Shown piece after piece: positions 1 through 9,872 of a stretch of DNA of 58,613 nucleotides. Positions within the stretch are counted from its first letter, which is position 1; the number at the start of each line of letters is the position of its first letter. The DNA comes from a virus: the IMG/VR virus record IMGVR_UViG_3300045988_115582; one strand, written 5' to 3'. A model generated the notes under the pieces. That model was given only the letters and a program-made list of their open reading frames with translations, was not told the origin of the DNA and did not search any database. The translations under genes were made by a program, and so were the position numbers.

Positions 1-75
1 AAAAGATACCTAATAGAAGTGCCCATCATTGGTTTCGATTTTCGTCTGATTTTAGAATACCAACAGAAAAAAAAC
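1..75. repeat. Terminal 75-bp direct repeat identical to 58539..58613 (circular closure or assembly overlap; unit genome 58,538 bp)
   Basis: Compared base by base. An ORF (the methyltransferase) runs across the junction. Confidence 0.9.
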
Positions 76-429
76 TATATACGGCTTCGTGAAATTACAG
101 GATTATACAAAAGAGATTATAAAGATATTAAAAATGAGTTTATTTCTGAAAAGAAAAATATATGTACTTACAATGGAAACCGAGAAAGTGACGTATTAAA
201 ATATGAATTAAAAGAAAATAGAGTGCATCCAACACAAAAACCTGTCAATTTGTTAGAATACTTAATCAAAACTTATACAAACGAGGGCGATACAGTATTA
301 GACAACTGCATGGGAAGTGGCAGCACAGGCGTTGCTTGTGTAAATACAAACAGAGATTTTATAGGTATTGAATTAGATAAGGATTATTTCAATATCGCAA
401 AACAGAGAATTACCGGTAATCAAAAGTGA
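19..429 (+). CDS. DNA methyltransferase, C-terminal segment (beta-class N6A/N4C type), frame-shifted relative to the N-terminal segment at 58097..
   Basis: HPTQKP and [13 protein letters not shown] (FxGxG AdoMet motif), then IGIELD. Sensible protein continuity ([14 protein letters not shown]) needs a 1-nt correction in the A8 tract. Confidence 0.8.
   Translation: MPIIGFDFRLILEYQQKKNYIRLREITGLYKRDYKDIKNEFISEKKNICTYNGNRESDVLKYELKENRVHPTQKPVNLLEYLIKTYTNEGDTVLDNCMGSGSTGVACVNTNRDFIGIELDKDYFNIAKQRITGNQK
67..74 (+). other. A8 homopolymer at the reading-frame break of the methyltransferase gene
   Basis: The N-terminal frame reads ...[12 protein letters not shown] then TGA at 90-92. With A7 the frame would continue as [14 protein letters not shown]... 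into the C-terminal segment. Confidence 0.85.
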
Positions 430-434
430 TTATT

Positions 435-456
435 GCTAACCTAGAAAAATTATAGG
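435..456 (+). repeat. 22-nt direct repeat (20/22 identical to 58067..58088) flanking the methyltransferase gene
   Basis: gctaacctagaaaaattatagg here versus gctaccctagaacaattatagg there. One copy is just upstream of the MTase start, the other just downstream of its stop. Confidence 0.8.
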
Positions 457-467
457 CAGAGGTCTAT

Positions 468-505
468 AAGCACCTTTGCTGAAGAAAGCGAGGTGCTTCT
501 TTTTT
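468..505 (+). terminator. Rho-independent terminator-like hairpin after the methyltransferase
   Basis: Stem AAGCACCT/AGGTGCTT (8 bp) followed by CTTTTTT. The 3' arm also carries the GAGGTG RBS of terL. Confidence 0.6.
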
Positions 506-2246
506 GGCATCTAAATATCTTAAAGAAACAGTTCAAAGTTATGAAAATTACATAGAGAAAAATGGAATAGATGAAAGTGTTATTGATGCATACATAGAAG
601 CGGCAGGAGTGGCAATAAATACAGAAAAGGATATTCAGTATGGGTTGCAACTTACAAAGCGTTCTAAAAGCCTTGTAGAGCGTTTTTGCATGAAAAAAAC
701 AGGCGGCACAATATGGGAATTGGAAAAGTATGCGTTTGAGAATAAGGTTGAGTATGATTTGATTGATAAATATTATAAACCGACATTATATGAAGCCCAA
801 AACAAAATTGTAGATAGTTATTTTCAGTACATAGAGAGAAAAAGAGAGCCTAAAGACAGATTTTATATGCCACGAAGAAAGCAATTAGTAAAAATTGGGC
901 TTATTGATGCATTGCAAGGCATGATTGATGATAAATACGATATTTTGTGTGTCAGCTTAGTGCCGGGTGCTGGGAAAAGTACGGTTGAAAAGTTTTTTCA
1001 TTCGGGCATAGCTGGTTGGTTTCCGAAAGATTATAGTTTGTTTTATTCGCATAGCGGTGATATTACACGGATGTATTATGATGGCGTTTACGACATTGTG
1101 ACAAATGACGATGAATATGCATGGCATGAAATATTTCCAAAACTTTCAGTAACAAGCACAAATGCAAAGATGGAACAGTTTAACATAGGGAAATATAAAC
1201 CGTTTCCAAGCGTACAATGCACATCTGTAGGAAGTAAAAATGCTGGTAAAGTTCGTGCGAGTAAATTTTTACTTGTAGATGATATGATAGGCGGTATTGA
1301 GGAAGCCTTAAATCCAGTTATTCTTGATAAACTATGGAATAAGTATGCAGTAGACGCAAGACAGCGTAAGACACAAGACACGGACGGAAAGCCGTGCAAG
1401 GAGATACACATTGCTACTCGTTGGAGCGTACATGATGTTATTGGAAGAATACAAAATATGTATGAGGAAAATCCGAGGGTTAAAGTGATTGCAGTACCGG
1501 ATGTTGACCCGATTACAGGAGAGAGCAACTTTAATTACGAATATGGGGGCTTTACAAAAGAGTTCTTTGCAGATCAACAACTTTTGATGGATGAAATCTC
1601 TTATAGATGTTTGTATAAACAAGAACCTATTGAGCGTGAGGGATTGTTGTTTCCAGATGATAAAATACGCAGATACCTTAATTTGCCACACGGAGAACCA
1701 GAGATTATTACAGGGCAATGTGATACAAAAGGAAAAGGAACGGATTATTTCGTATTACCGGTTCTTCAAAAGTATGGGGATGATTATTATTGCGTTGATT
1801 GCGTGTGTGACAATACGGCGGACTATGAAGCTCAATACAGAAACGCAGCGGGTGTGCTTGTAAATAATAAAGTACAGGAATGCGAATTTGAGCGTAATGC
1901 TGGTGGAGACAGAGTTGCAATGGAAGTTAATAAGCGTGTTGAGAGTGTCGGATGGATATGTAACATCACTGATACCCCAACGGAAACAAATAAAGAAGCA
2001 AGGATATTCCAATGTTCTAACTGGATATTACAGCACATTATTTTTAAAGACCCCTCGCTTTATAAACCTAACGAGCCATATGGAGTAATGATGTCATTAT
2101 TAAAGCAGTATTCGGTGTCGGGTAAAAAACAATTAGATGATGTACCGGATGTTTTTTCAAACTTTGCATTAAGAATAACTCAAGGAAATAGAATTTCCAA
2201 AGTTGAAGCGGCTGTAAATCCTTTTAGTAGCGGTAGGAGGTATTGA
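504..2246 (+). CDS. terL: Terminase large subunit
   Basis: 580 aa. Walker A-like VPGAGKST and Walker B-like LLVDDMIGG. Sits immediately upstream of the portal. TTG start 8 nt after GAGGTG. Confidence 0.85.
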   Translation: MASKYLKETVQSYENYIEKNGIDESVIDAYIEAAGVAINTEKDIQYGLQLTKRSKSLVERFCMKKTGGTIWELEKYAFENKVEYDLIDKYYKPTLYEAQNKIVDSYFQYIERKREPKDRFYMPRRKQLVKIGLIDALQGMIDDKYDILCVSLVPGAGKSTVEKFFHSGIAGWFPKDYSLFYSHSGDITRMYYDGVYDIVTNDDEYAWHEIFPKLSVTSTNAKMEQFNIGKYKPFPSVQCTSVGSKNAGKVRASKFLLVDDMIGGIEEALNPVILDKLWNKYAVDARQRKTQDTDGKPCKEIHIATRWSVHDVIGRIQNMYEENPRVKVIAVPDVDPITGESNFNYEYGGFTKEFFADQQLLMDEISYRCLYKQEPIEREGLLFPDDKIRRYLNLPHGEPEIITGQCDTKGKGTDYFVLPVLQKYGDDYYCVDCVCDNTADYEAQYRNAAGVLVNNKVQECEFERNAGGDRVAMEVNKRVESVGWICNITDTPTETNKEARIFQCSNWILQHIIFKDPSLYKPNEPYGVMMSLLKQYSVSGKKQLDDVPDVFSNFALRITQGNRISKVEAAVNPFSSGRRY

Positions 2247-2249
2247 CAT

Positions 2250-2684
2250 ATGATTTCAAAACAAGATTTAATACAGTATTCCGATTTAAAAAAGGAAGTT
2301 GTAGAAGTAAGAAGCAAAATAAAAAAACTTGAACAAGATATTTTAAAAATAGAATCGGGCGAAACTGTAATAGATAGCGTTACGGGCGGAAATGGCGGTT
2401 ATCAACATTTTAAAATTGAGGGCGTTCCAATTCCTGAATATAGTCATAAAAAAACATTGCTTTATTCAAGAAAAACAACATTGCAACTTCTTGAAGATGA
2501 TTTGCTTGATAAAACAAATGAAATAGAAGAATTTATTGTAAGTATCAATGACAGTAGGATAAGAAGAATAATAAATCTCAGATTTTTAGAAAATAAATCA
2601 TGGAATGAAGTAGCTGATTGCATAGGCGGTGGGAATACTGAGGATAGTGTAAGAAAAAGTTTTACAAGATTTTTTGAAAAATAG
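2250..2684 (+). CDS. Sigma-70 region-4-like HTH protein (phage transcription regulator-like)
   Basis: C-terminus RRIINLRFLENKSWNEVADCIG...SVRKSF resembles a sigma region 4 HTH. RBS GGAGG. Confidence 0.5.
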   Translation: MISKQDLIQYSDLKKEVVEVRSKIKKLEQDILKIESGETVIDSVTGGNGGYQHFKIEGVPIPEYSHKKTLLYSRKTTLQLLEDDLLDKTNEIEEFIVSINDSRIRRIINLRFLENKSWNEVADCIGGGNTEDSVRKSFTRFFEK

Positions 2685-2812
2685 TAAGTTGTCCGATATG
2701 TCCGTTAAAAATAATTTATTATTATAATTGTAAAAATATTCATATAAATACTTCTTTTCGGTGCGTATCACTTTTTAACAGGTGGTGCGCATTTTTTACG
2801 GAGAAAAACAGA

Positions 2813-3004
2813 ATGAAAAGTAAAATGATATATTGTCCTCAGTGTAGAAGAAAAGTCGCTACATATGATGGGCGAGCAACGATAAATAAAATTGCAAAAT
2901 GCAAAAAATGTGATTTACAAGTTATTTATGATGTTGCAAGGGATGAAACAATAGTTAAGCCGTTACCAAAAAGAGAAACATCTAGCGGTGCTGTTTTATA
3001 TTAG
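2813..3004 (+). CDS. Small zinc-ribbon protein
   Basis: CPQC...CKKC pairs in 63 aa. RBS GGAG. Confidence 0.6.
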   Translation: MKSKMIYCPQCRRKVATYDGRATINKIAKCKKCDLQVIYDVARDETIVKPLPKRETSSGAVLY

Positions 3005-3012
3005 GAGGGAAT

Positions 3013-4476
3013 ATGCAAAACAAAAGTCCTCTAAGAGATATTGTAAAAGGAAATTACGGCAGAAAAGTATTATATACTACTGCGGAGACAATAACACAGG
3101 ACAACATATTAAAGGTTGTCGGTGATGTTATCGGAAATTTCTATTACAACAAAACTATAACAGATTATTTGTGGCGATATTATAAAGGTGACCAACCGGT
3201 GTTGTACAGAACAAAGGTAGCAAATGATGATATAATCAATAAAATTGTAGAAAACCATGCATATGAGATAGTACAATTCAAAGTTGGACAAACTTATGGC
3301 GAGCCGGTACAGTTTGTGAGCAAAAAAGATGATGATGCCGTAAATAATGCCGTTGATGAACTTAACGACTATATGTCAGATGCAAATAAACAAGAAAAAG
3401 ACATTAAGTCGGGTGAATGGCAGTCGGCTACAGGAACATCTTTTAAAGCATTGCAGTTCTCTGATGGTGACATACCATTCAGAATTGTGTGCCCTACACC
3501 CATGAATACTTTTGTTATTTATAATCAAAGCACAGAAGAACCTATGGTTGCGGTACAAGAGTTAAAGGACTTTGAGGGCAATTATTACAAGTTATGCTAC
3601 ACAGATACAAACTCATGTATTATTAGAGATGGCGTTGTTTCTGAATGGAAGTTACATGGATTTGGGAGTATTCCTATCGTGGAGTTTCCAAACAACCATG
3701 AAAGATTGTCTGATGTTGAAATTGTTATTGATATGTTAGATGCAATTAACAATATGCAGTCTAACAGGATGGATGGAGTTGAACAGTTTGTTCAGTATTG
3801 GGTTAAGTTTATAAATTGCGAGATTGACGAAGAAACATTTGCGAAAATGAAAGAAAGCCATGCACTTGCGGTCAAGTCGGTCAATAAAGACAATAAATCG
3901 GATGTTGACATTATGACGCAAGAACTCAATCAAACACAATGTCAAGTCGCTAAAGATGATTTGATTGATAATCTTCAAGCAATTTTAGCGATACCGAATA
4001 GAGAATCACAAAACTCTGGAGGCGACACGCAGGGTGCCGTATCTCTTCGAGCAGGATGGGACTTTTCTAAATCTAGAGCAAAGTTAAAAGACCCGATTGT
4101 TAAATCAGCAGAAAAGCGGCTTGCTAAAGTAGCGTTAAACATTATTCGTATTAAAGACCATGATTTAGGCATAACATTGAGAGACTTTGATGTGCAGATA
4201 AATCATAGTCCGCAGGATAATATGTATACTAAATCTCAGACGCTATTACAGCTTTTACAGTGCGGCATACATCCGCTTATAGCTATTAAAACAGTAGGGT
4301 TGTGGGGAGATGCAGAAAAGACATTCTTACTATCACAGCCATATATAGATAACCTATGGAAAACTATTGATGATGTAGAAGCACAGGAACAAAAAGCACA
4401 AGAAATAGTGCAACAAATGAACAGTAACAATGAAGTAAATAATGATAATAACAAAAATGAAGCAGTTATCGAGTAA
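3013..4476 (+). CDS. Portal protein (SPP1 gp6-like size and position)
   Basis: 487 aa directly after terL and before the gp7-like head morphogenesis gene. Acidic/Asn-rich C-terminus. RBS GGAGGG. Confidence 0.8.
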   Translation: MQNKSPLRDIVKGNYGRKVLYTTAETITQDNILKVVGDVIGNFYYNKTITDYLWRYYKGDQPVLYRTKVANDDIINKIVENHAYEIVQFKVGQTYGEPVQFVSKKDDDAVNNAVDELNDYMSDANKQEKDIKSGEWQSATGTSFKALQFSDGDIPFRIVCPTPMNTFVIYNQSTEEPMVAVQELKDFEGNYYKLCYTDTNSCIIRDGVVSEWKLHGFGSIPIVEFPNNHERLSDVEIVIDMLDAINNMQSNRMDGVEQFVQYWVKFINCEIDEETFAKMKESHALAVKSVNKDNKSDVDIMTQELNQTQCQVAKDDLIDNLQAILAIPNRESQNSGGDTQGAVSLRAGWDFSKSRAKLKDPIVKSAEKRLAKVALNIIRIKDHDLGITLRDFDVQINHSPQDNMYTKSQTLLQLLQCGIHPLIAIKTVGLWGDAEKTFLLSQPYIDNLWKTIDDVEAQEQKAQEIVQQMNSNNEVNNDNNKNEAVIE

Positions 4477-4518
4477 TCGGTAGCTGTTTTTGTTTTGCCA
4501 AAATGAGGAAACAATATC

Positions 4519-5145
4519 ATGAGCGTACAAGATTTTGACGAACTGGATATAATCGGGAAAGCACTATCATATGAAAAATATTTTGATGAAATGGAAATTC
4601 CTGATGAAGAAAAGCAACAACGAATAAAACTTGCTAAAAAGTTTGAAAGTATGTTTTTTAGTTTATTCCTCATGCTGTTAGATGAAAACAAAGATATTGA
4701 AAATTGCTATAAGATTGCAGATGAAGAATACTGCAAAATAGCAAGAAAGTTTTTAAATACAAAACAGACACCCGCATATATCAATGATTATGCTGCACAA
4801 ATAACAATGTCTGTCATAGACACTACAATTAAAAATTTAAACAGTGATTATTATACTTCACAAGATAGAGCAATGAATATAGCCGCAAACGAAGCTAATT
4901 CCATGGGAAATTACCGGGAACAAACAGAAATGATAAAACAAGGCTACAAATATAAAGTGTGGCAAACAATGGAAGATGAAAAAGTAAGACATACTCATAC
5001 AGAAGTAGATAACACAAAAATAGGAATATTTGAGCATTTTAATGTTGGCGGTTCAGAAATGATGTTTCCAAAAGATATATCATTGGGAGCAAGTGCAGAA
5101 GAAACCGTTAATTGCAGATGTTCACTTGAATACTTGAAAAATTAG
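4519..5145 (+). CDS. Head morphogenesis protein (SPP1 gp7 / Mu F-like)
   Basis: C-terminal signature KVWQTMEDEKVRHTHTE...FPKD...NCRCSLEY. Confidence 0.8.
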   Translation: MSVQDFDELDIIGKALSYEKYFDEMEIPDEEKQQRIKLAKKFESMFFSLFLMLLDENKDIENCYKIADEEYCKIARKFLNTKQTPAYINDYAAQITMSVIDTTIKNLNSDYYTSQDRAMNIAANEANSMGNYREQTEMIKQGYKYKVWQTMEDEKVRHTHTEVDNTKIGIFEHFNVGGSEMMFPKDISLGASAEETVNCRCSLEYLKN

Positions 5146-5257
5146 CAATCCATAAGGGTTGCTTTTTTAATACAAATTTTGCACCTATGCGGTAAATAGG
5201 AGAACTCAGCAGGAGCAACCTGCGGTAACAAAAGCGTGAGTTTAACGGAGGTAATTT

Positions 5258-5821
5258 ATGACAAGAGAAGATGTAATAAAACTTTTTCCTGATGCAACAG
5301 ACGAACAGATAACTAGCTTGTTAAATCAGAACAATGCAGAAACAGCGAGGGAAAAGGAAAAAGCAAAGCAGTATAAAGCAAAGGCTGATAAGGCTGACGA
5401 ATTGCAGACACAGCTTGATGAAATTGAAGCAGGAAATCTTACAGAAGTTGAAAAAGTAAACAAAGATTTAGAAGCGGCCAATAATTTGATTGCAAAGCTG
5501 CAAAAAGATAATGCGGTCAGAGACCAAAGAGAAGCCGCTATGACTAATTTTAAAATTACTGCTGAACAGGCAAAGGCAGTTGTTAAAGATGATGGAAGTC
5601 TTGACTATACCGAACTTGGAAAGATTATGTCCGAAAAAGAAACAGCTGCGGCACAGGCTAAGGAACAGGAGATTGCAAATAATACGACAAATCCGGGCGG
5701 TAGCAGTGCAGGCAGTGATAAAGGAACTGAAAAACCGGCAGATGTTGAAAACGCTGAAAAGATAACTTTCGGAGAAGCATCAGCCAACAATGAAGCAAAA
5801 AATCATTATGTTTTATTATAG
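5258..5821 (+). CDS. Scaffolding protein
   Basis: 187 aa, highly charged and coiled-coil-like (KEKAKQYKAKADKADELQTQLDEIE). Positioned before the decoration and capsid genes. Confidence 0.7.
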   Translation: MTREDVIKLFPDATDEQITSLLNQNNAETAREKEKAKQYKAKADKADELQTQLDEIEAGNLTEVEKVNKDLEAANNLIAKLQKDNAVRDQREAAMTNFKITAEQAKAVVKDDGSLDYTELGKIMSEKETAAAQAKEQEIANNTTNPGGSSAGSDKGTEKPADVENAEKITFGEASANNEAKNHYVLL

Positions 5822-5831
5822 GAGGTAAATT

Positions 5832-6161
5832 ATGGGAAAACCGATTGAAAGAGACTTTACGCAAAGTAAAGGTATTTTAAAATACTTTCCTTATGAGGGA
5901 GCGGCGTGTATTGTACCGCAAACAATGGTAACAAGTGCGGATGCAAACGGAAAGAAAATTGCAAAAGCGGGAACACCGTTTCCGAGCAATGACGCAAAAT
6001 GTCTCGGATATTTACTTGAAGATGTAGATGTAACAATGGGAGATGCACCGGGAACATATGTGTATCAAGGTTCTATTGACAAAGCAAAAGTGACAGCAAA
6101 CGGAGTAACTGTGGCAGATGAAGCTAAAACGGCAACACCACGAGTTACTTTTTTTGATTAA
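5832..6161 (+). CDS. Putative head decoration protein (lambda gpD-like position)
   Basis: 109 aa directly upstream of an E-like major capsid gene. RBS GGAGG. Confidence 0.5.
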   Translation: MGKPIERDFTQSKGILKYFPYEGAACIVPQTMVTSADANGKKIAKAGTPFPSNDAKCLGYLLEDVDVTMGDAPGTYVYQGSIDKAKVTANGVTVADEAKTATPRVTFFD

Positions 6162-6179
6162 AGAAAGAGAGGTACATAA

Positions 6180-7271
6180 ATGGCATTACCATTATCAGAA
6201 GCATTCACAGCGAGAAGTCTCGGAGTAATGTGGAATAACTATGAAAAAACATTAGGTTCTGCCCCTTATCTTGGCAGGCAGAAATTCGGAACAAGAAAAC
6301 AGGACTATCTTGACCTCAGATTCATTAAAGGAAAGAGCGGACTTCCTGTATCGTTAAAAGCATCTGCCTTTGATGCACAAGCAGAATTAAGGGATGTTGG
6401 CGGTTTCTCTGATGTTAAGAACGAAATGCCTTTCTATCGTGAAAGCTACATGGTTACAGAGAGAGAAGAACAGGATTACGCAAATTATCAAAATGCGGAA
6501 AATTCTAGCCTTGCGAATCAGGTACTTAGAGAAATTAGCAAGAAGCCTATGAATCTTATTGAGGGGGCTGTAGTTGTTCCTGAAAGACAGATTTGGAGTT
6601 TGCTTGCCCCGGTTGACGGAGTTCCTAAAATTGATGTTCAGATTGGTAAAAATAAATTTACAGTCGATTATACATCGGACAATGGCGAAGCACACAAAAA
6701 AGACCACTTTATCGAAATAAAAGCCGCAACGGACAAATGGGACGCACCAACAACGGCAACACCCCTCGACGACCTCATTCAAGCAAGAAGAACATTTGCA
6801 AAGAAAACAGGCTATTCATTAACAAGATTTACAATGAATACAGAAACATTTGAAAAACTTCTTGAAGCAGAGGACACAAAGAAGCAGGTGCTTGGTATTG
6901 CAGCATATCAGGGCGGCATCAGGGTACAGCAAGGACAGGTTGTTGATTATCTGAAAGGCTATGGCATTGAGATTGAAGTTTATGACAAACTTTACATTGA
7001 TCCAGCAGATGGTCAGACAAAATATTTTGTGCCAACTGGTGTTATTTGTGCTCAATCGGGCGGAGTGTACCTTGGAGACTATGTGTTTGGCAGAACTCCG
7101 GAGGAAAGAAGCGGAAGCCTTACAGACGGAAATCTTTCTATTGTGGAAACTGGTATCGCTGTTTACACATATACTACAAATCATCCTATCAATACTCATT
7201 GCGTAGTATCTATGATTGGACTGCCAACTTTTGAGGGAATGGATAGTGTTGTAGTAATGAAAGTAATGTAG
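6180..7271 (+). CDS. Major capsid protein (lambda gpE-like family)
   Basis: 363 aa. The N-terminus (FTARSLGVMWNNY...APYLGRQKF) and the length are typical of Phage_cap_E-type capsid proteins. Confidence 0.8.
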   Translation: MALPLSEAFTARSLGVMWNNYEKTLGSAPYLGRQKFGTRKQDYLDLRFIKGKSGLPVSLKASAFDAQAELRDVGGFSDVKNEMPFYRESYMVTEREEQDYANYQNAENSSLANQVLREISKKPMNLIEGAVVVPERQIWSLLAPVDGVPKIDVQIGKNKFTVDYTSDNGEAHKKDHFIEIKAATDKWDAPTTATPLDDLIQARRTFAKKTGYSLTRFTMNTETFEKLLEAEDTKKQVLGIAAYQGGIRVQQGQVVDYLKGYGIEIEVYDKLYIDPADGQTKYFVPTGVICAQSGGVYLGDYVFGRTPEERSGSLTDGNLSIVETGIAVYTYTTNHPINTHCVVSMIGLPTFEGMDSVVVMKVM

Positions 7272-7281
7272 GAGGTGCTAC

Positions 7282-7506
7282 ATGAAAGCGACACACACTA
7301 TTAAGTACAACGGAAAATGGTATAACGCAGGTCAAGAAGTTCCCGAAGATAAACCGGGGGCTTCTTTTGCTTATACTAAAACAGACATAAATCGCATGAG
7401 CACGGCAGACTTACAAGCACTTGCATCTGAAAACGGAATTATAGATGCTGACAGTTTTAGCAGTGCTGATTTGAAAAGTATGTTGATTGAAAAATTCAAT
7501 TTGTAG
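7282..7506 (+). CDS. Hypothetical protein with a SAP/HeH-like C-terminal motif
   Basis: 74 aa. TADLQALASENGI...SADLKSMLIEKF. RBS GGAGG. Confidence 0.55.
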   Translation: MKATHTIKYNGKWYNAGQEVPEDKPGASFAYTKTDINRMSTADLQALASENGIIDADSFSSADLKSMLIEKFNL

Positions 7507-7517
7507 GAGGCAATAAT

Positions 7518-7763
7518 ATGGAATTAAAAGATACAGTCGAGATGATGAACAGCACTAATTATAAAGAAAGATTTAAAGCTGAATATAACCAACTTGCAAT
7601 TAGATACAAAGGTTTAAAAGCAATGCTTGATAAGTGGGATAATGGAACTTTGCAGTTTAAGCCTAATTGCCCGAGAAGTACATATAATATGCAGATTAAA
7701 GCAATGGCAGATTATCTTGCAGTTCTTGAAGCAAGGGCAGTAATGGAAAATATAGATTTGTAG
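7518..7763 (+). CDS. Hypothetical structural-module protein
   Basis: 81 aa. RBS GGAGG. Tightly packed in the head operon. Confidence 0.6.
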   Translation: MELKDTVEMMNSTNYKERFKAEYNQLAIRYKGLKAMLDKWDNGTLQFKPNCPRSTYNMQIKAMADYLAVLEARAVMENIDL

Positions 7764-7774
7764 GAGGTAGCTGT

Positions 7775-8167
7775 ATGGAATTGAACAAAGCAGAATATAC
7801 GATTTTAGCACAAGTGAAAATCAGACTTAAACAATTTCATATAGAAACTATCACAAATGAAGATGATACAACAAAGGATGTAGTCGTATTTGATAACAAA
7901 GAAGATAATTTGCTTATTGAACAGCTTATTAAACAGGCTACAGAAGATGTTAAAAACAGAAGAAATTACCCCAACAGCTACACAGATGAAATGATAACCG
8001 AGGACTTAAAGCAGTTTGAGGGAGTTATCGTCAATCTTGTTGTGTATGACCATTCACAGGCGGGCGAAGCATTTATGGCAAGCTATGGTGAAAATGGTGT
8101 AAGTCGAACTTGGAAAGACAGAGACAGCTTATTTGTCGGGGTATTTCCTTTTGTGAAAATGTTATAA
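7775..8167 (+). CDS. Head-tail connector / DNA-packaging (gp6-like) protein
   Basis: 130 aa at the head-completion position. RBS GGAGG. Confidence 0.55.
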   Translation: MELNKAEYTILAQVKIRLKQFHIETITNEDDTTKDVVVFDNKEDNLLIEQLIKQATEDVKNRRNYPNSYTDEMITEDLKQFEGVIVNLVVYDHSQAGEAFMASYGENGVSRTWKDRDSLFVGVFPFVKML

Positions 8168-8284
8168 ACATCAAAAAGAAGAATGTGCGTTACCATATTC
8201 GTGAGGTTACGAAAATGGTAGCAGGCGATGTGCTTTAAAGGGTGGTGGGCGGCACATCAACTAAAGAAAAATGGAGATATAAAA

Positions 8285-8590
8285 ATGCAAGATTTTTTAT
8301 TTCAAACTTACCTGATAGCATTACCAACGGCATTGGGATATATAGTTTGGCTCTTAAAACAGCAAAAGAAAAATAGAGATGCGAATAGCAAGGGAACAAT
8401 GTTACTTTTGCGTGTGCAACTTATTGAGTATCACGATAAGTATATGAAACTTGGTGAAATGCCCTCATATGCATATCAGAACTTTTGCGAAATGTACGAT
8501 GTATACCACGCGTTAGGCGGTAATGGTATGGTTACAAAAATGAAAAACGAAATCCAAGAAATTCATTTAGGCAAAGGAGGTAAAAACTGA
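8285..8590 (+). CDS. Membrane protein with one N-terminal TM segment (holin partner?)
   Basis: The start is moved to the RBS-preceded ATG. TM segment FLFQTYLIALPTALGYIVWLL. Abuts the holin gene. Confidence 0.55.
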   Translation: MQDFLFQTYLIALPTALGYIVWLLKQQKKNRDANSKGTMLLLRVQLIEYHDKYMKLGEMPSYAYQNFCEMYDVYHALGGNGMVTKMKNEIQEIHLGKGGKN

Positions 8591-8859
8591 TGGACTTTAC
8601 GCAAGTACCTACAGTAGTTGCTATTATAGTGATTACTTATTTAATCGGATATGCTTCAAAGCAGATACCACAGGTCAAAGACAATATTATTCCAGTTATC
8701 GTAGGTGTAGCCGGTGGAATACTCGGTATTGTTGGAATGTTTGTAATTCCAAACTATCCGGCAGATAACATTCTTGACGCAATAGCAGTTGGCATTGTGT
8801 CAGGCATGGCAAGCACCGGTGTTAATCAGATTTACAAACAGGTAAAGAAAAATGCTTGA
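8590..8859 (+). CDS. Putative holin
   Basis: 89 aa with two or three TM segments and a charged tail (...GMASTGVNQIYKQVKKNA) resembling phage holins. RBS GGAGG. Confidence 0.55.
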   Translation: MDFTQVPTVVAIIVITYLIGYASKQIPQVKDNIIPVIVGVAGGILGIVGMFVIPNYPADNILDAIAVGIVSGMASTGVNQIYKQVKKNA

Positions 8860-9316
8860 TATAAACAAGCAGTCAATGAAGTATTCACAGCAAGGGGCAC
8901 GCATCACAATTTATGAAAGAGACGATGAGGGCAATATAATTTATGAGGGCTATACCGACAGTGACGGAAACTTTGTGCCCTATCTTGATGATGAGGGTAA
9001 TAAAATTCCTAAAATTATCGGGGAAAAAGTCGGTTTTTCAAAACCTGTCGATTTTAGAGCAAACATAGCGTTTAGCGGCGGCGAAGCTAAAACAGAAGAA
9101 TTCGGCTTTGATGCCGCCGACTATGACGCAATAATGTTGACAGATAAAAATGAGTTTCCTTTAAAAAAAGGTGACTTAATATGGCTTGATAGTGAAGTAA
9201 CTTACATTGACGAAGATATGGAAACAGTTGACGAAACATCGGCAGATTTTACTATAGTCGGAGTTAAACCGGCTTTAAAGTCAACAAAATATGTGCTTAA
9301 AGCGGTTGTAAAGTAG
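8852..9316 (+). CDS. Putative head-tail joining protein
   Basis: 154 aa, assigned by position between the head and tail genes. Confidence 0.45.
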   Translation: MLDINKQSMKYSQQGARITIYERDDEGNIIYEGYTDSDGNFVPYLDDEGNKIPKIIGEKVGFSKPVDFRANIAFSGGEAKTEEFGFDAADYDAIMLTDKNEFPLKKGDLIWLDSEVTYIDEDMETVDETSADFTIVGVKPALKSTKYVLKAVVK

Positions 9317-9323
9317 GTGTTTT

Positions 9324-9872
9324 ATGACAAAGCAAACAATAACACTAGGTTTGTCTCAAAAGTCTGTAGAAAAGGCTTTAAAGCAGTTTAGGCAGTACAA
9401 ACAATGGCTTAGAAACAAAACTACAGAACTTGTAAAGACACTTGCGGAAGTTGGAATACCTGTTATAGAAACGAATGTCGCTGACGCAAGTTATACATTT
9501 GACAGCAAAGGGGTTAGGAGCGGTTCTAACACAGAACATTATACCTATGTAAAACTTAATAATTTTGGAAGTTATTCACAGGCAAATCTTGTCGTCGAGG
9601 GTGAAGAAATTCTTTTTATTGAGTTTGGAGCTGGTGTTTATTACAACGGCGAAGCAGGAACAAGCCCACATCCAAAAGGACAGGAATTTGGCTTTTTAAT
9701 TGGCTCATACGGTGTTGGTCATGGTGTTCAGAAAGTATGGGGATATTATGACGAAACAGGAGCACTTATAATGACGCATGGTGTTGAAGCAACAATGCCT
9801 GTTTTAAAAGCATATGAAAAGATTATAGCTGATTATGTATCAGTAGTAAGGAGAGTATTTGGAAATGGATAA
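9324..9872 (+). CDS. Putative neck / tail-completion protein (HK97 gp10-like position)
   Basis: 182 aa. Assigned by synteny only. Confidence 0.45.
   Translation: MTKQTITLGLSQKSVEKALKQFRQYKQWLRNKTTELVKTLAEVGIPVIETNVADASYTFDSKGVRSGSNTEHYTYVKLNNFGSYSQANLVVEGEEILFIEFGAGVYYNGEAGTSPHPKGQEFGFLIGSYGVGHGVQKVWGYYDETGALIMTHGVEATMPVLKAYEKIIADYVSVVRRVFGNG

Noticed and set aside
1-75. Interpreting the 75-bp terminal repeat as physical direct terminal repeats of the virion DNA
   Set aside because: A single gene, the methyltransferase, reads straight through the junction, and the repeat has no end-like features. The simplest reading is the overlap of a circularised assembly. True termini need read-based end mapping.
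1088-2088. Overlapping + and - strand ORFs inside terL (1088-1528, 1332-1718, 1591-1863 and others)
   Set aside because: They lie entirely within a well-supported terminase gene and have no independent signals.
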